Shown: positions 12,665 through 23,764 of the stretch, in pieces
Numbering within the stretch: position 1 is the stretch's first letter
Layout of the letters: every line of letters begins with the position of its first letter
The notes under the pieces: generated by a model
Told to the model about the DNA's origin: nothing
The model's input: the letters and a program-made list of their open reading frames with translations, nothing else
Database searches by the model: none
Position numbers and translations under genes: made by a program
Source: Carcharhinus amblyrhynchos
Lineage: Eukaryota
DNA: 64,000 bases
Direction: 5' to 3'
Assembly: GCA_965287045.1 (NCBI GenBank)
Contig: OZ336872.1
Location: forward strand, 24,800,001-24,864,000

Positions 12665-12749
12665 ACAAGAAGTCTCACAACACCAGGTTAAAGCCCAGCA
12701 GGTTTATTTGGAATCACGAGCTTTCAGAATGCTATTCCTTCCTCAGGTG
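12665..12749 (-). mobile_element. Penelope-like terminus (AGCU family) with hammerhead motif
   Basis: Minus strand CAC-CTGAGGA-A-GGAAT-AGC-ATTCT-GAAAGCTC-GTG followed by attccaaataaacctgctgggctttaacctggtgttg, homologous to 2651-2726. Confidence 0.75.
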
Positions 12750-14359
12750 CACCTCTGACAGTACAGCATTCTCTCAGTACTGAAATCAAGTGTTATCTTG
12801 GATTATGTGCCCAAACCTCAGGGATAGGATTGAAAATGCATTATCTTTCCACTAGGAGTTTTACAATACTGCCAACCTCAGAATGAACAAAATCTTCAAA
12901 GAATACACAATATCCTGAATGAGGTACAAGGATGTACCCTGCTGCTTTTCAAAATGCACTAACATTCTATGAATAGTTAATGACTAGGGAACAAAAGGTT
13001 AGTAAAGGCATAGACCTGGATTTTATGGTGGTAATAACAGTGAAACGGTCAGTGTTTATCATCATTATTCCACTATAACTGATAGGAACTTCTGGAGTCT
13101 GCACATATAAAAGATATACAGACTTTAAACCAATTAAGCAATTTGTTCTTCATTTTTAAAGAGATATTTTATTCTATTGATGCATTCTGTATTTGAATAG
13201 CTGACTTCCAAAGTGACGTTTTGCCATATAAGTTAACTATCAACCATAAATCATTCCATGGAATGTCCAGTAATATCGAGCAATTCTTAAGCAAAATAGC
13301 TATATGATTCCATTTGTTTGACTAGTATGTTGAAATGGCAATAAACTATTTCCAACCAGATACGTAGTGCTCTTTGCTATTCTTTCAGTACTCATTTCAA
13401 ACCAACCCAAAGTTAACTTCAGTAAAACTCTAAAAGCGTTTTGAGTTATTTAGGTGACAAATTAGTGTCATGGAATGAATAGGTAATGTGGACGTCAAGA
13501 AGTAATGGAAACTTGAATTCTAATGGGAGAAAGTCATCTGCGTGATTACTAAAACTGTTATACAGTATTTAGGCTCACGAAGCTGATATATTTATGCAGG
13601 AAAGTGTAGAGTTGTGGATTCTATTTCAGAAATGTACAAAAAAGCACGCCAACATTGCAGCCATGTGGAATTCATTACACTTCCACTACATGTTGGTTTC
13701 CACAGGGAACAGAGACAGGAGATCAGTGAGGTCAGGTGGTAGCTGACACTGGAAGAGTGTGGGGTGTGAATCATTTGGAGAATGCTATCACGCACTTGTT
13801 CAGTTCGATATTGCTTGAATTTATTATTCTAATGGGCACGAAGACGACCTTTAAAGATTTTGGCTGTCCACGACAATAAAGCAGAGCTTGTTTAAATGAT
13901 TTGGGAGTGTCTTGTATGTGTGCTGCCAACTGCAAATCAGTACCACGGCTGCCTGCCATGTATTTTTAGCTAACAGTGATAACAGTGACATCCCAAAATA
14001 ATATGATCCAACATTGGATAATCATTGACAATGCAGATCTAACTTTTTTTTCTGAGTGAGCTGGTTCGAATTAATAACGTCATGCTAAATGGATTATTTT
14101 CTCTCGAAACCAGTGAAAGCGGTTATAAGTTCGAAAGGACTATGTCTTGAGGATATTAGGGGGCTTCGCTTTCTTCCCAGCTCCTTAACATTATTGTGAG
14201 AACTGTCACCACGTTGTTGAGGATCCTTTGAGGTTTAAGGGCTAATATGCTGGCTGTGTTTATCATTCCACTGCCCAAGAATGAGGGTCTCTCCAGTTTG
14301 GCACTCAGTCCGTTTATCTAAAACGCTGGGCAAGAATAGCACCATCCTAGGGTTACAGG

Positions 14360-14494
14360 ATAAAAGCAAACTATTGCAGACGCTGGAATCCGAAACCAAA
14401 AGAGAAAACGTTGGAAAATCTCAGCAGGTCTGGTAGCATCTGTAAGCAGAGAAAAGAGCTGACGTTTCGAGTCCAAATGACCCTTCGTCAAAGC
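14360..14494 (-). mobile_element. Penelope-like terminus (ACGU family) with hammerhead-like motif
   Basis: Minus strand GCT-TTGACGA-A-GGGTC-ATTTG-GACTC-GAAACGTC-AGC, then ...cagatgct...gacctgctgagattttcca...ccagcgtctgcaatagtttgctttt. Confidence 0.7.
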
Positions 14495-15634
14495 ATTTTT
14501 TAGTATTACAGGTTTCCATTTGGTAAACACGAGGGTAGCAGTGGACGTTCAGTCCTAAAAAGGTTACTGGATGGGAGGACAAACTGGACTTAAATACCAG
14601 CCATCTAAAGTCAAACGGGTCTGTCGTACATTTTCAATTGTGGCGCAGTCACGGAATAACTTGGTAACCCCTCAAAGTCCACTTAAATTTCTTGAATACT
14701 TCTTCACACTTCAGATCCTGTTGTACATTTCGCGTTCCCCCCGCATCTCTGATACAGCATTGCTTCCACCTCCTGGTCCTAAAATATTAACTACAGGGAA
14801 AACTCATTCGATTTTTAATTTGGCTGCATCCTTCTAAATAGCACCTGATAAATAACTGATGGCAACACAACTAGTTTGCTGAAACCGGCTTCCCACATTC
14901 TTTTAGGAATCTTATGGCGCTACCTGATCTAAGTCACAATTACCTGAAGCATTGCTGAAACCCGTGCAGATGCTTACAGGACACAATTAAAAACACACAT
15001 TTATGATACTGGTAAAACACACGGCAATGGTCTCCTTTGAGATAGTGGCTTCAGCAGGTTTACGACTCGAACCCCTTCTGAATCTCAAACGTTCGGATGT
15101 TTAGTTATTAACGGTAATACTGTGAATCAGGACAGTCGGTGCGCATTTTTGTAAACTAGAAATTTCAGCACTGGTTATATCCGAAAGATAAAGGTTTTTT
15201 TTAAAACAATTGTTTATTCATAACTAAAATATTCTCTGGAAGTGAAAAAATGCGCCACTTACTCCAGAAACTTTAGACCTGTCTTAATTTTTTTACCAAA
15301 ATGTTGAAAGGCATAACTCATTTGTAGAAGGTTGTGCAAAAGTAACCAACTAAATGAGCGAAATGATCAAACACTGAATTTACAGGTTAATCAATTGAAC
15401 AGCTAAAGATTGGACTGCAATGACAAATCCGACTTCCACATTGGATCACGGAAGGCTTAGCAAGGACGCAAAGAGTCAGTGGTATTGCAATTAATAGCTG
15501 TTGTTTTACAACGGCAACAAGAATGGAATCAATTCTTTATCTTCGCTGTATCTTATATCAACTCTGTCTTGTATCATATTTCCGTTTTTCTGTCCTTACA
15601 CCTAACATCTTTGTTTGTGTAATGCGATCACTCA

Positions 15635-15940
15635 GAATCATAGAATCACTACAGTGTAAAAGGAGGCCATTCTGCCCATCGCGCCTCCTACCCAGGCCCT
15701 ATCTCTGTCACCCCACGTATTCACCCTGCCAACCGCCCTGACATAAAGTGGCAATTCAGCACGTCCAATCAACCCAACCCGCACATCTTTGGAAGGACAC
15801 CGGAGTATCCAGAGGAACCCCACGCAGACAAGGGAAGATAGTGCAATCTCCATGCAGACTGTGACCCGAAGCCAGAATTGAACCCCGTGCCCCTGGCGCT
15901 GTAAGGCAGCAGTGCTAACCACTGTGCCACTGCGCTGCCC
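15635..15940 (-). mobile_element. HE1-type V-SINE (CR1-like tail)
   Basis: Same head and V core; tail gattctatgattctg. Confidence 0.85.
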
Positions 15941-17224
15941 ATACTTACTTCAACAGTCAGGCACAATTTTATTTGCTATATATACGTTTCTTTTTCTATT
16001 CACGGTGTGCCCACCTGTAACACCGCAGCATCTGATTTAGTGTTTCCAATATCCTTGATGGCTCGATAGTTCACATGGACAATAGGCAGAACATTTACCC
16101 AATATTCGCATTTGAGTGTGAAACAGACGCCCTGAGCATTTAGCAGCAGTACATATAGGTGGCTGTGTTCCTTCTTTGGGAAAAAAATTGAGTCAGTGCA
16201 CCCAGTTTCACACATCCTCAGAGACAAAAGCCCGGAGTGCCGAAATGTTCTCCTTCAGTGCGCGGTCATTTGTAACCAAATTAAATTGATTTTAAATTTA
16301 AATTTTAGACGGAACTAACAACTAGCAATCAAATATTCTCAACCGTGAATAGGAATCACAAGGGCTAAACATTTTGAAAATAAATCAGGAGGATCATATT
16401 CATTCATTTCATTACATTTGTGAATTAGAAGCAGTTCTCTAGCAGTCATTCCAAATGGACAGAACAGCTTGTCTAATGTTCGTTATTCGTGTTGTTTTCT
16501 GTTAACATTATTAACTAAAATGAGAGAAATATGAGCAAAACATATGATTTATTATCATAAATTTGTCTGATTTATTATAGATTATTTGAATGTAACAGGG
16601 TTCTGAATGGCCCACTGTATTTAAATAATTGTACCGTTATTCGAAATACAGACGTAAAGGGTATGTTTTATAGTTGAACAGAGAGTTTCGACGTTCTTTT
16701 AAAAAAAATCTAGTTTTCCCGGGGGAATAATGAAGATAAATACAGCAGCTAATACAAGAAATATCTTAAACCTGTTCAGCTTTCATTCGTTAAGGTACAC
16801 TTTCAAATCTAAAAGAAAACATAACGCTCAGAACAGATGCTCTTCACTGTACTGTTAGTATTCACCCGCTATCAGGTTCGGCTGTTTGGAGGAAAGTGTC
16901 TTCTCGAAGACTCTTGCCTGCGAAGTTGGTTTCCAGATGTATCAAGTCCTTAGGAAATAGTCCATTTACTAATTGCACACTAAATTCCACTACCACCACC
17001 CACTTGCCAAATTAAAGCTTAGTAGCTTGGCATTGTTAAATGTTCTACAGAAGCGGACACTTGTAAAATTCGGCTTTCTGAAATTATTTATATGCGGTGT
17101 AGAAACTAACGGTTATTAAGGTTTATTTTTTTAATTAAGCAATCAGAAGCTTTATTGCCCGTGAGGAATAAGTGCTACTCATAAAAAAGGCCTTTTCAGT
17201 AAAGCCCTCGATAATTCAGTTGTG

Positions 17225-17440
17225 TGAAATCGACTCACGAACAGCTTCTTCCCTGCTGCCATCAGAGTTTTGAATGGACCTACCTCATGTTAAGCTGATC
17301 TTTCTCTACACCCTAGCTATGACTGCAATACTACATTCTGCACCCTCTCTTTTCCTTCCCTATGAACGGTATGTATAGCGCGAAAGAAATAATGCTTTTC
17401 AATGTATCCCAATACCTGTGACAATAATACATCAGATCAC
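17225..17440 (+). mobile_element. Rex1/Babar-like LINE 3' tail
   Basis: aacagcttcttccctgctgccatcagagttttgaatggacc...tgtgacaataatacatcagatc. Confidence 0.78.
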
Positions 17441-20400
17441 TTCAAATATGCTATTATTTAGAGATTCTGAAAAATCTTTATGATATGCTGGTGTCTATCC
17501 CGAGTTCCAATTTAGCTACTTTTTATCTAATAATTTAGGTGAAAATCAAGCGGCATTTTCTATCATTGGCTATTGCTGTGCAATGATCCTTCATGAGTAA
17601 ATGTACTTTATGGTAAAATAGATTCTTAGAATAAAATCTGCTGTTGAAAATGAAAGGTCTTCATTTCACATTGAATTGAGGGAAACAAACACCACGTCTA
17701 CTGCATAATGTTAACATTTCCAGTCTTTGTAAAGATCACCTTCATAAAATTATTAATATCGATGATGAAGATATCGGCATTAACTTTCACAAAAGGCCAT
17801 TTCAAAAAGTTATGACCTTTTGCATAATTTTATTATTTGCATACTCATGAAAACTAATAGTTCTACTTGAAGAGTTAGTGGCAAAACATACAAGCACCTA
17901 ATAAGAAATTAAAAATAAATGGAGAGGGCAAATCTAACCGATTTATAAAAAAAAATCCTGCTAGCGGGTTAAAGGAACTCAAAGTGAGCAAGGACATTCC
18001 TTAAAAGGTCAGTAAAAAAGCTCACCTACATCAGAAGTGTGGTCATTTTAGAGTAATTGTTATGGGGCTGTACCTGTGTTTTATCACAGTAACGTAATGT
18101 AACTCAGAAGCACTTGATTGTATCTAGCAGCTCAAATGACGTTTTGTCGATCTGATGGAAGTACCAGTTATTTTTGAATGATCTCTCACGTATGTTTCAA
18201 CGAATGGTCCATACATTTTTTGGCCTAGTTTATATCGTCGCAAATGAAACTCCATTGTCAATCTCCAAGGATAACCTCAGCTAACTAACAGTTGATTAAT
18301 GCCTTTTAACAGGGAACAGATCACAATGTGTAGTCCGTTTTCTAGGGGACCAATAGGCAATTAATCTGCAGATTAAAACGAACATGCCTTAAGTGTATTA
18401 ATTATTAATATTAATTAGTAGAAAATGCAAGTAATCTTTTGTTGTTAGATAACTAATATTATTTTACATGCGTGGAAGGGTCTGACATCTTAGACATTGT
18501 TTCTATCAAAGAATGGAAGTGGTAAATTCATTCTATACAAAAAGCATTAGAAATACCTGTAACTTTCCACTCCCCCCCCCCAAAAAAGACCTGTAATCTT
18601 GGGAGGGGGGAAGGGTGGGGGGGGGGGGGGCGGCAGTGTCCACTTGATTAGGACAGCGAAGCGATCAGAGTTGAGATTATGCTGCAAACACATTGACATT
18701 ATATATGTATAAAATATTATGTTGTATAGCATATATTGTATCGTATACATGTTATATTGTATTGTAAATTTATCTAGTGGAACTTGAATCTCTTGCTTGA
18801 GAAATCTGAATTTCAGACAATGGAAAATAAAACGTGCGAATGCACGGAGCGGAGGGCGGTGATGCTAGCTGAACAATGATCCACTGTCAGCCCTGCCAGC
18901 TTTTCTGAAAAGAACATCACTAGCAATGCATTATTTGTGAAATATTCCGTTTGCTGACCACAACATTCTTCCAGCAGCAGTTATGTTCTTGTGTTTTATA
19001 CAGCTGTGATATGAAATCCCGTTGCTTGTTTTTTAACCTATACAGTGCTCGATCGTGGACCCCACGTCTGAATTTTACTGTGGATCTATTTGCGATGGGA
19101 AGCCTAAAGATAAACACGCACACAAAAAAAAGGAGCAGAACTCCACAAGTATGGACAGTTGAACCAATTCCAGGATGCCCGAATTTCCACAGTATCCTAA
19201 ACTATGTTTATTTTACACCCACAGGGTCGAGCCGTGTATTAGTTTACTGGGAGCGGTAACATGTTTTATTGAAAATGGCGTTGCAATAACGTAATTGATC
19301 TGAAGTAAAGCGGTTGAATCAAATTACTGTTTACGAAATGAAATATTTACATTGCTTTCGCTTTGGAGCGAAATCGATGCAAGCTTTCGGGGCAATGGGA
19401 AATAGTTAATGTTCGATAACAAAAAAACGATAAAATAATAAGTCCCTTTGCGTTATATGCAGGAATACTGTGTATTAAGATCCTTCCAATTGATGGTGTT
19501 ATTTCCTACTGTTTATACTGGTTGATGACAGGCGCAAGTTACATCTGCAGAAACACATTTGGCTGTCTGCCTAAATTAAAATTTCAAAAAAAAATTAAAA
19601 TGGCGTACTCTACATGCCAATCAGAAACAAATCATAATATTCCCAAGTGAACTATTTGTGTCACACCGGATACATTGATCCCATGTGATAGGCTTCACTT
19701 CATATTTGGAAAATGCTTTTGACACTTTACGCTGTCACATTGGCTACCATGACACTTAGACATGTTTAGAATTGCCAAGCTTCATTAAATAATGATTGAG
19801 AAAATGATTTAGAAAAATTATTTCCAATGCAAGTAAGTCGTCGCATTTATTTTTTTTAAATGGTATTACCCAATAAGTGTATCGGAACTTCTTTATAGAT
19901 AAGATACATTTACTGTATAAAGCCAATTTTAAGTGGACCTTCAATTACTTGCCTCTGAGTTAATATTAGTAGATTTTATTGTGGTTTTTTTGCCAACTTA
20001 GCAATGCCTCGCGTTTTCTTGCTTACTTATAATGTGGTTATCACAAATATATTAGCACTTCAAGTTATTTGCCCCCAATACACCAAGCAATCGTTATTAA
20101 ATACCAGGTTGACATTCCCATTTTTTACAAATAAAGGCATAATCCATTCTCTTATAAAATCAATTCAGCCTTCTCAATGACAATCGTGTATTTTTTTTTC
20201 AACAGCTGCAGCTATGTTTTGATACTGCGTGGATACAGAATAATTTCTTGAGTTGCACTGCCACTTGACTGAATGACACTGCTCCGGCCGGCGGGACAAA
20301 GGGCTTATACAACTCCGGAAATCAGGCTGGTGATTTGCCTCCCCAGCACATCAGCGCCAGGGGTATGAGATGAATTTCATCCATGCCGGTGTAAACCAAT

Positions 20401-20934
20401 AATCTGTTTCTAAAATGAGTTTATTCATTAGGTTGTCGAAATTGAATTATCAGTGGAAGGATAAACCATGATCTGGATGTTTAGTGGATTTCGGAACACC
20501 ATGGTGCAATATTCGAATGCATTCAATTTGAACGGAGGAAAATCGCAGCCTTGGCCCATTGAATGTTTTACCTGTGTTTAAATGTCCTACCTTAGAAAAT
20601 CCGATTAAAGACCAGATGATGCGCAGCTCAACGAGTTTCATAGGGCGAATAGGGACTATTCTATAGCCCCAATAATTTTATCTCTGGTGGCCAATGCACT
20701 TATGCTCCAGTTACTGGTCTCAAACCACTGTCAGTAGTATAAGGTCCAGCCAGACTTCATCGTGTTTACAGCTCGTTCCTGCCTGACTGGGACGCCATTT
20801 CTCCTACCAGGAGAACTCTGAGCCTGCATGGTTACACGTGTGCACACAGCGTCCCTCCCAGCAGATTATATTTTAATTATACCCGCAATTAATTTACAAT
20901 TGTCCAGAAGATCAAATACTTTTTTTAATCCAGA

Positions 20935-21063
20935 AAAAGGCAAAATAATGCGGATGTTGGAGTCTGACCAAGGGTCATCCAGGCTCGAAATGTTGGCTCT
21001 ATTCTTTCTCCACAGATGCTGTCAGACCTGCTGAGATTTTCCAGCATTTTCTGTTCTTTGTTT
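20935..21063 (+). mobile_element. Penelope-like terminus (ACGU family), degenerate hammerhead, short inverted piece at the left
   Basis: ctgaccaagggtcatccaggctcgaaatgtt...cagatgctgtcagacctgctgagattttccagcatttt is homologous to the 14360-14494 copy. It is preceded by aaaataatgcggatgttgga, the opposite-strand tail. Confidence 0.7.
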
Positions 21064-21199
21064 AAAAAAAACACTTGAGTAACTACATTTAACATTTTTG
21101 GGACTGCACTCCCTTTCGCCATACAGTAATACTCAAGAAAATGTGTAAACAGGGTTGGTGGCAGATTCAACGGCATCTCCAGACCCCACTGTTATTGAA

Positions 21200-21292
21200 T
21201 TTGATGATCAGCCGTCATCAAAATGAATGTCCGCACAGGCTCGAAGGGCCGAATGGCCTGCTCCTCTTTCTATTTTCTCTGCTTCTATGTAC
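21200..21292 (+). mobile_element. CR1 3' tail fragment
   Basis: gatcagccg...aggctcgaagggccgaatggcctgctcct...ttctatgt resembles 6514-6590. Confidence 0.75.
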
Positions 21293-21589
21293 ATTCTAAC
21301 ATCTGTTAACTTCTGATGCATTACTGCTGATCTGAAACCACTATATAAACGCCCCAATGCCGAGTATAAATTGAGGATGAAGTTCAAACTATTCTGGGAT
21401 GTAGCTACAAATCGTTACAAACAATAAGAACTGTTTTATTCACAATGACATCATGGCATTGTCACCAAAGGAATTGTTATTGCTCAGATTGAATTTGGGA
21501 TGTATTGTCTGAGTGGGACTGTTACCCCTCAAAAAGAAAGTCGCGGCTCTATGGGCGAATGATTTTCTAAAATTATAGAACATCAAACA

Positions 21590-21935
21590 GGGGGAGGTAA
21601 TGTTCTAGCGGCATTGGCGCTCTCCCATTAATCCAGAAACTTAGCCAATGCTCTGGGGATCCGCACTAGAATCTCGCCTTGACAGATGGTGGAGTTTGAA
21701 TGCATCAAGAATATAACGATGACGATGAATCCAATGTCAATTGTCAGAAAAACCCATCTGTTTCACTTGCTGTCCTTGATCTGACCTACATGTGAAACTA
21801 GAGCCACAGCAATGTGGTTGACTCCTAACTGCCCCTGAAATGGCCTCGCAAGCCATTCAGTTCAAGGGCAATTAGGGATGGACAATAAATGCTGGCCAGC
21901 CAGTGACACCCATGTCCCACGAATGAATCAAAAGA
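21590..21935 (+). mobile_element. Second tRNA-headed SINE family
   Basis: ccacagcaatgtggttgactc...caagggcaattagggatggacaataaatgctggcc...cccacgaatgaatcaaaa. Confidence 0.75.
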
Positions 21936-23439
21936 GTGTAAAGAAGTACAGAAACCCGCCACTCGGCTCAACAAGGTCCTGGTAGTATTTATTCACCACA
22001 CGAAGTTCCTCTCACCCCTTTTCGCCTGTACATCTAATCTCACAAATATCCCTTTCTCCCTTGTGTATTTATTAGCTTCCCCTTAACTGCCTCTATGCGA
22101 TTTCCCTGATCCTGTCTTTGTGGTACCGAATTCCACATCCTCACTGCTCTCCAGGGAAGGAAGTTTCTCCAATTCTCTACTCAATTAAGTACTTTCACTT
22201 CGGGTCTGGAGTAGAAAGTGAAATATCTCCTCCCCTTTCAAATCCTTTCATGACCTTGAAGACAGGTCATTCCCGAGTCTTCCCTTTGCTAAAGAGAAGG
22301 TCCCCAATTTCTTCAACTTTCCCAGTGAAGCAGTATGATCTACCTGCATTATGTGATCTCAAACTGAAATCAGGTTCTTATTCTGATTTTGGCAGGAGTC
22401 AGATCTGTTCAATGCGCAGTGATACTACAACTCTGTCATTCCTACAGGAACACACATTTCCAGTGTAAATACTCTCAGGCTTCGCACAATTGGGCTGCAC
22501 TTTTGCGTGAGATCGGGCAGAAACTTTCCTCAACTCCTTGTTCAATTTTCCATGCGAGAAAAGACAGTAAAACATTATCACCACTCCCTCTGAATATTAA
22601 AGCGTTGCCTCCTAATGAGAAGAACATATACATTCGGGAAGGTTTCCTTTGCACCTGGCGTCAGTGCAAGGTGCAGCTGACAACGTAACTGGATTGTGAC
22701 TGCCGTCTGCATATGGCATTACCAAGGCGCAAGTTTGAGTAGTTGTAGTGTCCCTACAGGCAAAAAAAAGCTGTGTAGTGTGACAGAGTTACCATTAGAA
22801 TGGTGGGAAGTTTTTTTTAACAGAAGCAGCAGTTTTATTTGAAAATATACTAATATACTATACTAATACTTCTCAACAAATAACAGAATCTTTATCATCG
22901 CTTTGCGGCGTGCACTCAAACACAGCAAAGTCGTTTCGATTTTTACAAATCCGGAGTTTCCATGGATTGTAGAAACAATGTAGAATGATGGTGATTTGAA
23001 CAGCTGTGCTACAAAAACTGGGTTTATAAAATATGTTCAATTGCTCATGAGTTGCGGGCTTGGAATTTTCCCCTGCAGTGTTACTTTGGTTCAGTCTGTT
23101 CTACGTCTAACTTCACACTGGCCTGAACTTTCAGTAACAATCGTGCTACAGGAGAATCATTTTGTGCATTCATGTTAAAGACGTGCAAGGCATAAAGAAG
23201 GAACTTTGAAACTTTGCTTTCTCGTTTGCCCGCCGAATTCCTCCTGCTATTCCCCCTTCCAATGAAGACAGTGCCATTCAATTCTCTTATTCTAAAGGGC
23301 AAGAAGTTGTCTTTATACAGTAATAAATGCAGATATGCATCTGGAAATAAATCATTCTTATTGTGATTTCCACAGACTTTATGTCCCTTTTCCACGGGGC
23401 CTGAATTTAATCACCTGCGGTGATTGACTATGAGTCCAC

Positions 23440-23764
23440 CAGTGATTAGCACTGACCTGGGTTCGATTCTGGCCTTGGCTGACTGTGTGGAGTTTGCACG
23501 TTCTCCCCGTGTCTGCATAAGTTTCCTGCTGGCGCTCCGGTTTCTCCCCCATATTTCAAAGTTGTTCAGGGTAGGTGGATTGGCCATGCTAAATTGCCTC
23601 TTGGTGTTCCGCCATGTGTAGGGTAGGGGGATTAGCGGAGTATATACATGGCTTAACGGGGATGGAGCCTGGGTAAGATAAAAAGATGTGTCGGTGCACA
23701 TTTGATGGGCCGAATGACCTCCTTCTGCACTGTAAGGATTCCATGACCCCATAGGGATTCTATG
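23440..23764 (+). mobile_element. HE1-type V-SINE (CR1-like tail)
   Basis: B-box ggttcgattc, core tgtgtggagtttgcacgttctcccc and tail gatgggccgaatgacctccttctgcactgtaaggattc. Confidence 0.85.

Noticed and set aside
18571-18632. C-run/G-run fold-back and other poly-G/C tracts (26371, 43278, 45211)
   Set aside because: These are simple homopolymer tracts whose pairing is a trivial consequence of low complexity.
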